Assembly (NCBI GenBank): GCA_010909165.1
Contig: MU008168.1
Location: 310,001 to 374,000 of the forward strand
From: Anthoceros angustus
Taxonomy: Eukaryota; Plantae; Anthocerotophyta
Direction of reading: 5' to 3'
DNA length: 64,000 nt
The translations under genes were made by a program, and so were the position numbers. This document shows, piece by piece, positions 51,081 to 63,936 of this stretch. Under the pieces are notes generated by a model, which had not been told where the DNA came from, did no database searches, and saw nothing but the letters and a program-made list of their open reading frames with translations. Every line of letters starts with the position of its first letter. Within the stretch, counting starts at the first letter, position 1.

Positions 51081-54000
51081 TTAGGAAAAGCCCTTCAGTA
51101 CATTGCCAAAGGCCAGATCCCAGCTGGCAACCTCGTCTGCTTCGTGTGAAGATATAAAAGGCTTTGAGATCTGCTGGATCATAAGCTCCCCACAGAACGG
51201 ACATTCTCCAGCAACAGCATCATCAAGCTGTGCAACGATCTGCACAACCAACCAAAACATATTAGGCATCAGAACGGGAAATATAGTATGAGCAGCTGCT
51301 TCCTCCTCTTCCACAGGCAGATAACCAGCTCCAGTCAGACGGAGTATTAGATGAATTACCTGATCAGAAGGGACTGTTCGGCCCTGTACTGATTCCTCGT
51401 CATCCTTGTTCTTTGCAAGATTTCGAAGTTTCTTTGCAGGGCCATCACTAGGAACAGCCGCTAGTTTCTGGTGTAGTTCATTTATCCGATCCCTCTGAAA
51501 AAGAAAGGACAAATCGTTCAAGGTCATGTCATAAGGCCCGCAACCTCTTCCCAGAAGCTAGAGATACTAGACATAAAAGCACCCAAGCACACTCCCTGAT
51601 AACAACCCGAGTACTCACTAAGCACAGCTCACCTCGCTCTTGTCTGTATGCTTCATAACATGGTCTATGAGACAAGGTGCATGAAAGGCGTGCTCACAAG
51701 GGAACACATAGAATGGCGCCATAACAGAATCATATGTCCTCACAGTTCCAGCTACACCTTGGAAACCCCCCCTTGCTAGAATTTGCCTTCCACAGACCTG
51801 TAATATGGAACCAGACTGGTAAGACAGAAAATGAAACCCAATGCCGGAGCATGGGGATCAGCAGGTTGGGTTAACCCAAAGCTGTAAGACCACTTACTCC
51901 GCATTCCTCGTCACGGTTGACAATTGCATATCGCAGTGAGAGAGCAATAATATCTTGTCTGATGTTATCTGCACCCCGAGTTGCATCGTTCATTTCCATC
52001 TTCAATTCCTCAATTTGCCGATTGTAGTCTTCCAAAGATGAACAGATTGCTTCCTGATAACAGCGATGTCCAAGGCCATAAGAGATATTCCAACACAACT
52101 AACAAACTGAGGCAACAGGAATTTTGCTTCTTGTGCACAGCCGTTGAATTGACAGCAATCACGCATTTTCTTAGCACCCAGTTACACAGACATCCACAGA
52201 ACATTGGGTGGGTGGGTGGGTGGCCATACATCCCCTTCTCTATGCATCACCTGAACTAGTTCCAATCCCAAATCATTACCTTGAAGTCGTCTATAAAGGA
52301 AAAGTCTGGAAAGAAAGGAAGGATGTCTTCAATCTTCAGCAAGCCATCGGTTTCACTGAGAAAAGCTATGACCTTTCTTATGTTCTCCTGCTTAACTCCC
52401 TTCTCCTGTTCGACGACATACTTTGCTACCATCAACCACAACTTCTTTTGAAGCTCCTCATCATCCTCAATTTTTTTCACCTCGCCCTTCGCAAGATCCA
52501 AATCCACCTATCCAGCAGATATACCAAGTTGTGAGTGTACTTCAACAGTCGCAATCTCCAATACACCCATCAGTGCATTACCAGAGCAAGGGTAACGAAT
52601 CTGACACTTCACACAAGCGGACACAGAAATATGAGTATTGTGAACCTGCAATGCTAGAGCCACAGCTTCTTCATGCATGCCCATCATGCTATATATGTAG
52701 ACACAGGCTCGCATCCTCTTTTCCTCCAAACACAAGCGGAGAGCATATTTTGGGTCATAGAAAATCTCTGGCCGTCCAGGCCTCCCTCTCCCATATTTGG
52801 ACTCCAAAAATCGAAGCAGTGACATTTCGTCCTCCTATTCATAAGTGCTCAATAGTTGTAACAAAAAGAAGATTGACATCCCAATGAGGCTGCTAAAGCA
52901 AATTAGACACAGCAAGGATAAAGACATGAGATTAAGATATGGAATACACGGACCTGTTTGGCATAAAGCGAGAGGAGTAGGTTGTGGACAGCACTATCCT
53001 CATTGTGTTGCCGTTGAATGCAATACTCAAGAAACTTAATAGCTTCGTTTGCCTGGTCCCTGCAATCCATAACAAGCTTAGGATCCACCTCTTGTGGATT
53101 TATTGGTGGAAACATGCAAGACACAACTGAACTGCAGAGAATTAGAGCCACCCGATGAACCAGAGAGGCTCACAATGGACGTGGTTCACTTGAGTAGCGC
53201 ATCAGAGCAGGAATAAGGCGCCGCACGTTTAGGTTTGTGCCAGACATCCAAGACTCCACAGTTTCGTAGGCATTCAACATTATCAATGCCGGAGAAAACT
53301 TGTACTGCAGTCGTAAGAACAGGTTTCAGAGCTACTTTCGCCACAGTTCATCAAGCTATCTGTTATGAAAGTGGGTCACAATCCAGGCAACACTGCTGAG
53401 ACCAAAATGACCAGTGATGCCATACCATCAGTTCCGTAGAAACATTCGGTTTTCGTAGAACGGCCAATGCACGTTTAGCATCTCGTTGCTGCTTGATACA
53501 CACAACCAGGCCTTGTTTATGATTGATGTAGATAGATCTACTTTATACAACTTCGATTTTCTTCCAAAGATGCCTACAGCAAACAAGGGAGGGAACTTCA
53601 CAGAACACAACCTGAACATAATGTCGAACAACAACTTCATGCTGCTCCTTCAAACTTGCGAAGTACACAGCTTCCTCTGTTCTTCCGTAGCTGCATACAA
53701 TTCCCAAAGCATACAGTCAACTGGCCATACTCAGGACATCCAACTAGAGAACAGTCAGAACCTCATTAGCACAAGTCTTCAAAAAATAGGATCTTCAGTA
53801 AGCATACCTGCCTAACAGCTTCATAGTGGTTGCTTCATCTAAAACATCTTTGCAATCACTCAGAAAGGCGCGAAATTCTTTTAATGTGCTTGTGTACTCT
53901 GGTCCCTCCTGGCTACCATCAATTGCTCCTCCATCTTTGAGTTCCTCTTGATCAAATAGAAGTCGGTTTATCTGCTCAACCACATCAAATTAATGACAAC

Positions 54001-56865
54001 TGAAAATTCAATGAAAGCAAAGCCTCCGGCAGCTGAGTATTCTGACAGGCAGTCTACCTTGTCCAGGTAAAGCTCCACAATCCAAGTAGAAATCATGGTG
54101 ATTTGAGAGCGCTCATCTTTCCCGAGACGATCTAGGCGACGCAGCAAGAAAGTCCTCAAAGCGTCCTGTCAAGAAAGAAGATCTGAGACAATGTCCAGGA
54201 TGTGCTACATAGCACCTGAAATAATCATTGCTGACTCACCGGCTCATCAACAGAAATAAATTTGAGAGCCAACTCCTCGAATGATGCTGTACTACTAGTC
54301 TGTACAGAGGAGAAGATTGCAGTTAAAGTGTGAAAACCATCCAGGTTCTCCAGAAGACAGGAACTCGACGCGTCATACCTTCGCATAAAAGGATGCAGCC
54401 CGCAGATAATCTTTTTCAAAAAAAGCAGCATCTGCCTGCATCAAACAATAAATTATTTCCTTTCAGACTGGTTAATGAAAAACGTAGGATGTGTGTGGAG
54501 TCAATCAATACACACCTGTGCTGCAAATACTCTGTCTTTCTGAAACGAATCCCGGCAGTGTTCCAGAGCTAATGCATATTCCTTCATACTAAGATAAACT
54601 TGCCACATGTCTCGTCCTTCATCATGGACAGCAATCTGCAAGATCCCAAAGGGAACCCATGAGGAGCTGTGGAATGTAGATATTAGAAACAGTTTGAAAG
54701 CCTCCAACCCATCTTTATACCTCAAATATGGAGCTTTCATTGAATCCGTAAAATGTTCCTGCAGCAGTATCAGAAGCAAGACCAAGCATGCCCACTGGGC
54801 TCATTTCCTGCAGCTCATCAAATTTCTCCTCCTGGATGACTTTTTCGTTTACTGTGTTCACCACCTGAGCTTTCCAAGCGGATGGACAACCTTGTCAGAA
54901 TGAAGCATGGAAAGGCAAGGCTTTTTCAACAGAAAAAAGAAACAATGAGTACCTTGAGCTTCTTGTCAAAAAGGAGGAGGAAATGGTAGTTCGTGAGTGC
55001 CATCGACTTGGGGATGCTTTCAGTTCCATCCGACAACTTAGCATAACTTAGGAGCCACTTGTTTTCCACGTAGCTATCTTCTACATGAGTGGCTTCACTG
55101 TGAAAAACGTAGGATCAGACTGACTCACATAGTAGCAACAGTACGCTTGTCATGTCAGGAGAGAACCGATTCACTCACTTTACACCTGAACCATATACCA
55201 TGTAGCAACAGATGCATACCTTTGTCGAGTACCCAAATTCAGGTGACCATGGTAGATGCCTGGGCCAGCTAGCCATGCAAATCGTTCTGACCTACGCTGC
55301 TTACCGAAAAAGTGCAATTCACTGCAACACAACATGCTGACCTGTTGAACAGTGCAGACATAGACTGAAGCCACACTGACTTAAGTTCCACAGATTTCTG
55401 GTGCACTTCAGAAACTATGAGGCTACGACTCTGAAGTTAGATCGATTGTGCCAGCAAAAGGGACACTGCTTCACTAGCCATTTATTACCTGTTCGGTATC
55501 TCTCCAGGAAACTCTGTGAAGCGCGCTGCCTGGTCGGCATACGCAGGAAAGACTGCCTGCCATGCAAGTGATTGGAACACGTCCTCTTGAAATCATTCAA
55601 GTCGCTTGAGACTGTAGATCGTTACCAACGCTCTTAAGTGATATCATGTAGAGACATATTTCTAGCTTTACAGCTCTAGAGCCACCACGGGGGCAGCAAC
55701 AACCCAGGACCAACTTCCCTTGGGACAACGTTTTATGACACAGGCGACTTTGAAGCTTGGAAACTAACCTCGAGAGATCCAGTGCCCACGAAAACATACA
55801 AGCGCGTCATGGTTGCAGCCATAACGAAATATCGAATGCTGGGGCCTGTACCCACTGTCTCCATCTGGAAGTCCATAAGAAATGAGCGCTTGGATACAGT
55901 AAACCTACACTGTTCATCTCAAAGTCAGCAATCAGATTTTGAAGTCTTGCCTGCACCCCAACGAATGGTTCCTTCCTTTCATTCAGCTCGAACAAAAGCT
56001 TGAGGTATTTTTCTTTCTTGTCCTTCTCATCAACCCATGTCTCATATAGATGCCCTCCACTTGTTCCAATTACCACCTCCCTAGTTGACGCTGTAAGGCA
56101 GTGACACTTCAGAACAAGCAAAGTACAACTCCTTTACAAAAAGAGCTAATCCCAGCAGATGAAGCCCACCATCGGTGATCTGCTGCCGGTTCCAAGCAAC
56201 CGCATTCACAACCATGCCCTTCAGTTTGCTCAAAGCTCGGGGCTTTTTCCATCTAGCATGGATGTAATACGTTTCTGCTGCCGCGCTGCTCAAGTGCGTG
56301 GCAAGACAGTGCCTGCCTCCGGGATCCACGAAAACTCTGTGGATGGGTTGACCAGAACCCCGGCTTGTATTCAAGTCAAGATCTGCAAACAAGAAAAGCC
56401 ATCACCAATAAGTAAACCTGCTGAGTAAGGTTTAGAAGAAAGCGAAGCTCGCATGACGCCAACAGAAATATCCGCTAGCCTGACCTATACAACTTCCTTC
56501 CGTGAAATCATGCCGAACTATCCACCCTTTGTTGGTGCCGACCAGAACCACATTGTTCCCAGCCGCGACCGAGGTAATGAGCCCGTGCCCTTTGGCAGCA
56601 TTGGGATCCAACACCTCCACGGTGCAGATGGGAATCTGGGAGCTCTTGGAGGTGCTTCCAGCAACTCCAAGCTGGCCAACCTGGAAACACAACATTTCGC
56701 ATGAGACAAAAATCCCACGCCTTTCTCCCAAGTCCAAGACGTCCCTCCCGTCCGACCTTCTGTCAACAGAAAACCCAGCACCACTAGACCCAACACCTGA
56801 TATTCAGCAGAGGGAGGAGCTCCTCCGGCAGACGCAGAGGACTGCGCCCATTCATCCAGCATCAT
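51081..56865 (-). CDS. VPS18: Vacuolar protein sorting 18 (HOPS/CORVET subunit), multi-exon
   Basis: AAGNNVVLVGTNKGW, VFVDPGGRHCL, DEGRDMWQVYL, FEELALKF, YDPKYALRLC, LLKIEDILPFFPDF and C-terminal RING ..ECPFCGE. Confidence 0.95.
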
Positions 56866-57471
56866 GCCCGATCAGACGCCACCTTGGCCCAATTGCACCA
56901 ACCCTGTCGAAGATCTGCACATCCACCGACCCTGTTCAACCTCGCTCGCACCCAGACGCCTACCTAGGCGGAAGCAAAAATTCATCTGCTGATGCCGCAA
57001 TGCTGGCACGGGCAGCTACGATCTGGAGGGTAGAGTGGTCCACTTGGCGGCACGCTGCTCACCGAGAAGGCAAAATCAACATAGGCAGCTACCAGTCCCT
57101 CTCTCGAGACACATCTGACAAACCATTCAGGTCGGTGTTACCAAAAGTCACAGCTGCTCCACATTAGAAAACAATGTCATCCACAGCTACATACGTTTAG
57201 TCGTTATTTTACTTTCCAAGGTCTAACAATTTCCTACTTTAATTCGCGGATCGCATTATTTGACAGTTGCATACACTGTGGGTATGTTTCAACTCCAGTG
57301 TACAGGAATAGTCAGGAACAGCGAAGTGCAGCGGGTGCGATGAAGGGATGCATCCATCACCACTTGGCCTTTGCATCGCTTTCTTCTTCCTCGGCCGGCC
57401 TATGCTTCGATCGCATCCAGACTGGCTCCTGCAACGCGCTCTGCACAGCAAGGGAAGGGAAGGCAGGAGCT

Positions 57472-58794
57472 ATGGCATGTGTAGAAGGGATTACGGCCGG
57501 GATCAGCTGGCCTTGGCAGCTGGCGGCACAGGTGGCAACGGGAACAGTCCAGGTGGAGGGAAGGAGGACATGCCGGGGAGTAGGAGCCCTGTCAAATCCG
57601 GGCCTCGGCAGGCCGAAGCCGACATGGATAGTGTCCAAGGTCTTGCGGATGGGGCTGGTGTTGAAGTCGGGATCGGGATCGGGAGCAGGGGAAGGGAGAG
57701 CGGGGGATCGACGGCATCCTAGTGGAATCCCTGAAGCCGTGGCTTCCTCAGATGCGCCCGCTCCCGGGCTGCAGCAGGCGTCGCAGCAGGTGATGGAGTC
57801 GCTGTTTCTGCCCCTGCCGGGGCACAGCGTGTCGCACCTGCCGTCGGAGAAGAGCTACAAGGTGACGGTGGTGGGAGTCGGCAACGTCGGGATGGCGTGC
57901 GCGCAGACGATTCTGACGCAAGATCTGGCGGACGAGCTAGCCCTAGTGGACGTGCAGGCGGACAAGCTCCGCGGGGAGATGCTGGATCTTCAACACGCGG
58001 CTGCCTTCCTGCCGAGAGTCACCATCTCGGCGGACACGAACTATGCGGTCACGGCGGGATCGGACATCTGCATTGTCACGGCGGGAGCCCGGCAGCGGGA
58101 CGGCGAGACTCGCCTATCCCTGGTGGAGCGGAACGTGTCGCTCTTCAAGGGCATCATCCCGAAGCTGGTGCAGCACAGTCCCAACACCACGCTTCTCATC
58201 GTCTCCAACCCCGTGGACATCCTGACCTACGTTTCGTGGAAGCTCTCCGGGCTGCCGCCGAATCGGGTGATCGGGAGTGGGACGAATTTGGACTCTTCTC
58301 GCTTCAAATTCGTCATCGCGAATCAGCTGGATGTGAACGCGCAGAATGTGCACGCTTACATTGTCGGGGAGCACGGAGACAGCTGCGTGGCTCTGTGGTC
58401 TAGTATGAGCGTGGGAGGAATTCCGGTCCTAGAATTCCTGCGAAAGCGCGGAGTGAACGTCGATAAGGAGGACCTGAAGACCATCCGGCAGACGGTGGTG
58501 GACGGAGCCTATCAGGTGATCAAGCTCAAGGGCTACACTTCCTGGGCTATCGGCTACTCCGTTGCCAGCCTCACCAAGAGCCTGCTCCGGAACCACAGAA
58601 GAATTCATCCCGTTTCCGTCCTAGCCAAGGGCTTTCACGGCATTGAAGAAGAGGTTTTCCTCAGCTTGCCGGCGCAGCTCGGCCGCGCCGGCATTCTCAG
58701 CGTTGTTAACGCCATCCTAGACGACGAAGAGACCGACCAGATCCGGCGGTCTGCCAAGGCTTTGTGGGAAGTGCAGTCGAAACTGGATATTTGA
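57472..58794 (+). CDS. LDH: L-lactate dehydrogenase, intronless, with N-terminal extension (start uncertain: 57340, 57472 or 57792)
   Basis: KVTVVGVGNVGMA, TAGARQRDGETRL, VSNPVD, GSGTNLDSSRF, VGEHGDS and KGYTSWAIG. Confidence 0.95.
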   Translation: MACVEGITAGISWPWQLAAQVATGTVQVEGRRTCRGVGALSNPGLGRPKPTWIVSKVLRMGLVLKSGSGSGAGEGRAGDRRHPSGIPEAVASSDAPAPGLQQASQQVMESLFLPLPGHSVSHLPSEKSYKVTVVGVGNVGMACAQTILTQDLADELALVDVQADKLRGEMLDLQHAAAFLPRVTISADTNYAVTAGSDICIVTAGARQRDGETRLSLVERNVSLFKGIIPKLVQHSPNTTLLIVSNPVDILTYVSWKLSGLPPNRVIGSGTNLDSSRFKFVIANQLDVNAQNVHAYIVGEHGDSCVALWSSMSVGGIPVLEFLRKRGVNVDKEDLKTIRQTVVDGAYQVIKLKGYTSWAIGYSVASLTKSLLRNHRRIHPVSVLAKGFHGIEEEVFLSLPAQLGRAGILSVVNAILDDEETDQIRRSAKALWEVQSKLDI

Positions 58795-58960
58795 AGCACA
58801 ATGCCACATTTCAGCAAAGCTGCCAAGGTTATGACACAACCTATGTATGTATTGTAAGTACCATAGTACCATAGAAAAGAAACTGTAGAGACGCAGAGCA
58901 CATAACAGTAACTTACTGATGTTGTCAATGAGATCAGCCGATCATACTAAAAATAAAAGC

Positions 58961-59853
58961 TCACTTGTTGTCGGTGTACTCGTAAGGGTTCAACTCCCTA
59001 TTTACTTCCCCCAAGAAGCCCGTTGCTCTGAAATTTTTCAGCTGCAGTGGTAGAGTTTCGCTGGCTGGGACGACGATCTCGATTTCAAACTTCCCCTTAC
59101 CCTGCACTCATACAAGAAGAGGCTGATATCAGAGGTTGTGCGAAATGGTGGCGACAAAAGAGAGGCAATGCCAGGAGGTAGCCTTACAGGCGGGATCTCC
59201 TTGATGGAGGCTAATCTTCCTCGGTTCGGTAGGGCTGGCTCGTCGTACGCATCCAAAACAAAACCAAACACGTCGGCGTTGTAGACCGTGAGTCCGGTAG
59301 GGTTTATGGTCTCGCCCGAGATCCTGAAGCACTTGGCCTTGTAAAGCGAAGAGCCTGGGGCAACGGCATCCCTGTCACACGGCTTGTACTTGAGGTTCAC
59401 GAGCTTGATCTGCACAACCTGCATAGCCTAGGACCCCTGAGTGAGAGTCTACATCTTTTCTTTCAGTCCCTGGCAACACATTAAATGTCCTGGTGTCTGC
59501 AAATGCACACATCATTCGAGAGTACAAGCAATGGAGAAAGAAAGCGACTTAACCGCCTGAGCCGGAGCTGGAACAGAGACACAGTGAAGAGACGCACCCG
59601 TGAGAAGCGCAGCTCCCAAAGCCCACCGCCTGCTCCACTCCCTCTCCTTCTCCTTCGCCTCCACCATTTCCCCCTGCCTCGTCACAGCCGCGGAGGATGG
59701 CTTGGAGGCCACCGATCTGGCCGCAGCCGAAGAATCACGGCTGCTTGGGCCGCATCGCACTCCGCAAATGCCAACATAGGTTTTCCGCCGGGAAGCAGGC
59801 GAGGCAGGAGCCAGAACGGGCCACACCCTGCACGCGCCAGACGCCATCGCCAT
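58961..59853 (-). CDS. Putative thylakoid-lumen protein of cyanobacterial-type conserved hypothetical family, 3 exons
   Basis: Transit peptide, SRRWAL, a hydrophobic stretch and AQA. Mature region QIKL..C..CF.ISG..NPTG.TVYNADVFG...RLASIKEIPP|GKGKFEIEIVVPA..PLQLKNFRATGF. Confidence 0.75.
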
Positions 59854-60519
59854 CGTCTCCGACTACCCGGGGGCCGGAATCGGATAAGCCCGATCAAGCC
59901 TATCCGATTCGAGCGATTCAAAGCTTTCAAACTGTTGGCAAAGACGACAATTTTATCTACATTATTCATTTCATTTCAAATGCAAAGTTGTCCTTGAAAG
60001 GAATGTACATACGTTGTACATATGTATTCATAGGATGGTGAATCTGTGGAAAGATTCACGATTCAAGCCGGGGCCTGGGATTCCCCCCGGTCACCGCGAC
60101 CGGGTGCAGGCGGTGGCAGAGGCGTGATGGGTCATGGGCAACGGCGCACAGTGTCCGGAGCGAAGAGATCGGGGGCGAGCATCGGGCTGGGCGGGCGGAT
60201 CCCGGTGGGTGCGTCCCGCTGAGCGAGAATCGTGATCGGCAGCGGAATGTTACGCACTGCCGTGCCCTGGCTGCTTGGAATGGGTTTGGGTTGTAATCTG
60301 GCGAGCCGGGCATGAAAGCAGCAGCGGGAGCAGAGTAGAGCCAGGCAGGGCGGTGCGGTGCGGTGCTGTGCTGTGCTTCCTGTGCTGTGGGCAGCCGGCG
60401 GCAGGAGCTGAGGGAGAACTGGCAACGCTGCGGCGGCGGAGTGCAGTGCAGCGCGGCATGTGAGCCTGCCGGGAGGCGGTGAGAGCAGGCAGCGGCGACT
60501 AGAGACAGGAGTGCAAGCC

Positions 60520-62016
60520 ATGGCGTCGCCTGGCACATGGGCCCGGTACATGTTCACCAAGTTCAAGGCATCCCTTGCGCATAGCCTCAAGGTCGGATGG
60601 GTGGTGGCAACCGTCTGTTTGAGCACTTGTTGTGGGAAGTTGGTGTGCTTCATGCCTGGGCCTGGCTGGTGAGGGAGTGGCGCGGGGCTGGGTGTGGAGG
60701 GATGGTTCTGCTTTTGCTGCTTGCCGTTCCTTCCTTGTGTAGCGCCAGCGCTGGACCAGCAAAGTCACCTTCTTTCGGCCGTGGGATGCATTTCTAGGAT
60801 TAGGGTTTTTTTTGGGGTTCCGGGATTGGTGTGTTGGTCTTGGTGGGGCGTGGTGGTCTGAAACTGTTTGCTGTGTGTCTTGGAGTGGACTGGCAGAGCT
60901 ATGGGAGTGGCCAGATTTCGGAAAAAGAGCTTTTCGAGAGATTCAAACGTGTGTGGCAAGACAAGCTTACCTTCATTTCAATGTACAAAGGGGAGGAGAT
61001 GGTGCCCACGTTTTCGAGCCAAGGAGAGACTCTGCTCATACGTTCTTTGCCGAAACCAAGCCCCAGGTACGGCAGACGCTCCAAGGATACTGCATGTACG
61101 AAAATGTATATGGATGCACACCGGACATGGTGCCGCCGTGATAGTCAAGAACCCTGCGTTAGTTCTCCTCTTGCTCGGAATTGGGCAGTGTCCTGGCCAT
61201 CTATGAACAATTTTTACAATCAGGGGCGCATTTTTGCAGGTCTGTTTACGTTGGGGACGTCGTAACGTTGAGGGACCCAAATGATCCGCAAAAGGTCCTG
61301 GTGAGACGTGTTGCTGCACTGGAAGATGCAGAAATGGTTTCCACTGATGATGACGATGAGCCTTTTAGAATACAACCAGGGCACTGTTGGGTGCTTTGTG
61401 ACAATGAAGCATTAGGCCCCAAGGTACCGGTAAGGATTATGCACTGTCGGTTTCCGCGTTCGCGATGAAGTTGTTCAGCCGTTAGGAATAAAACATAAGA
61501 AAGAGCAAGTACTGATTCTGTGCAAACTGTACGGTGTTGGATCTTCAGTTTTGGTGACCTTGACTAATAGTTCATGGCTCTGTCTCCCTCTGTGCGTAGG
61601 ATGCTCCTGACAGTAGGACGTTTGGGCCTCTGCCTTTGACAAATATCGTTGGCAGGGCTATCTACTGTAGCCGATCAGCTGTCGATCATGGATTTGTGAA
61701 AAACAGGTATATTCCGTGTCCTACATATCCCGTCCTGACCAGGGTTACTGACCAGCAAGTTCAGGATGTTTGTTTGAAATTTACTGTGTTAGTGTCTGCA
61801 CACAGAGCAGTCAGTGTGAACTGTTTCTCGTCTTGCAACAACTGGACGAACAGGTCCAGCATAGACAAGGTTGAAGTGCCTGAAGTCTATGTGCAACGGG
61901 TATATTGGTTTGTTGATCTTGTTGCTTCTTCATGTTCCAGTGACGAGGCAATGCAGGAAGATTCCGCAGTACTGGCCATCGAACTTGATGTTGATGAGAT
62001 GACGAAACAAATATAA
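60520..62016 (+). CDS. Peptidase S26/IMP-like protein (At1g06200-type), multi-exon
   Basis: MASPGTWARY.., KGEEMVPT, VYVGDVVTLRDP..LVRRVAALE, CWVLCDN, DSRTFGP, IVGRAIYC..AVDHG and LAIELDVDEM. Confidence 0.88.
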
Positions 62017-62603
62017 ATGGCTCAGTTGTCATTGAGCTCCAGGTATTCCAATGCTTGCGGGGGTCTCTTACGGACTAGTGCTTGAGCTGGAAGCTGCGTG
62101 AAGGCACACAGCTTTCATATCCTCGGACAATGACCAAAAGGACTGGTAGAGAAAACAGGTATATTCCGTGTCCTACATATCCCGTCCTGACCAGGGTTAC
62201 TGACCAGCAAGTTCAGGATGTTTGTTTGAAATTTACTGTGTTAGTGTCTGCACACAGAGCAGTCAGTGTGAACTGTTTCTCGTCTTGCAACAACTGGACG
62301 AACAGGTCCAGCATAGACAAGGTTGAAGTGCCTGAAGTCTATGTGCAACGGGTATATTGGTTTGTTGATCTTGTTGCTTCTTCATGTTCCAGTGACGAGG
62401 CAATGCAGGAAGATTCCGCAGTACTGGCCATCGAACTTGATGTTGATGAGATGACGAAACAAATATAAATGGCTCAGTTGTCATTGAGCTCCAGGTATTC
62501 CAATGCTTGCGGGGGTCTCTTACGGACTAGTGCTTGAGCTGGAAGCTGCGTGAAGGCACACAGCTTTCATATCCTCGGACAATGACCAAAAGGACTGGTA
62601 GAG
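61700..62603 (+). repeat. Exact 452-bp tandem duplication (last intron, last exon and 3' UTR)
   Basis: 61700-62151 equals 62152-62603. Confidence 0.9.
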
Positions 62604-62785
62604 CCAAAACGAGCGGTAAAGTTGCGTTCTCCGCCCAGGGTCCAATTGTGCTCAAGTTTCTCCGTAAACTTGGCAACCGGTTCTGCGAACCTCATTTCCT
62701 TTTATCTGGTACCGAGGAATACGAGTAACTAGATCCGTTGTTGGAAACAAGCGGAGTTGATGTGTCTTGTTATCTGTGCGTTTTG

Positions 62786-63266
62786 GAGAAATGGAAATTC
62801 AGTTCGGAACTGCGTCTAGGCAGCCCTGGCCAAGTAAGTGCCCCTGGAGCAATCCAAAATCGACGATATGTTGCACGTCACGGTCATTTAAAAGACTGTC
62901 ACTCAGTCCACCCAACCAATCCCTTACTAGCCCTGGCTTGGGGGGTCACCTCGTCCTTCTCGATGTAAAAAGGAGGCGTTTTTCTCTCATCAGGGAGGTT
63001 GGGATTAGGAGGATGTGTTTTGTCATCTGTGCGTCTTGGAGACATGGAATTTTAGCTCGGAATTGCGTTTAGGCAGCTCTTAGTGAGGGAAGTGCCCCTG
63101 GAGCAATGGAAAATTGACAATATGTTGCACGTTTCCGTCGTTCTAAGAAATTATGTTGCTCAATCCCCCCAACCACTCTCTTACTAGCCCTGGCTTGGGA
63201 GATCACGTCCTTCTTGTCGATGTGAAAAGGGGGATGCAGTTTTCTCTTATCAGGGATGTTGGGATT
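62786..63266 (+). repeat. Diverged ~250-bp tandem repeat x2
   Basis: Shared blocks AAGTGCCCCTGGAGCAAT, TATGTTGCACGT and CTTACTAGCCCTGGCTTGGG at ~250-bp offset. Confidence 0.7.
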
Positions 63267-63675
63267 CGAAGCAGGCTCAGAACAGGAAGATTCGAGTCAG
63301 AGGTCATTGAAGGAGTAGACGAGGGCGCACCTTTTCCACTTTCTTGTCTTGTGGCATTCAAGATAGAGGGCATCTGCACGTTAAGAGTAATGAAGAGATA
63401 TCCACAAGTGCACACCAGCGACCAGCGAGTTGGTCTTAGGGAGAAGACGATTGCTAATCACATTTGGTTTTAAAAGTGATGGAGCAACATCTCTGCCATA
63501 CTCGACAATACTGGCCATACAATACTGGCCAGTATACTACATAGCTACATATCAAATTCGTCTACAAAGATCAAGACTAAAGCTCGCAACATTTCCCAGC
63601 CTATGATGTTGTCCAGCCGCTGCACTGACGATCTATATCCATGGAGATTTTCGTTTGTCTTGTCAAGATCAAGTT

Positions 63676-63936
63676 TCAACTGACTGCTAGTAGGCGGAAG
63701 GTGTCAAGAACAAAGTTCGCATCGGGCAGCTCTGGCATCTTGCTGACCACATTCGTGAATTCCTCAAAGGCGTATGGCCGGTAATGAGCAGGTCGGTCCG
63801 CCGACACTAGCTGAGGCGCCGCCGAGATGATCTGTTTTGGAATCGGCTGCACAAAGAAAGCGATTGACAAGCGATCCTTGTCGGTATTGACAGTCGCCCG
63901 ATGGTCGGCACTGGTGTACAGGTCATTGCTTACTGC
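63676..63936 (-). CDS. Final exon of a 2-oxoglutarate/Fe(II) dioxygenase (gene continues beyond the window)
   Basis: AVSNDLYTSADHRATVN..RLSIAFF (distal His and RxS motif), ..YRPY; preceded by a CAG acceptor. Confidence 0.88.
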   Translation of the reverse strand, partial: AVSNDLYTSADHRATVNTDKDRLSIAFFVQPIPKQIISAAPQLVSADRPAHYRPYAFEEFTNVVSKMPELPDANFVLDTFRLLAVS

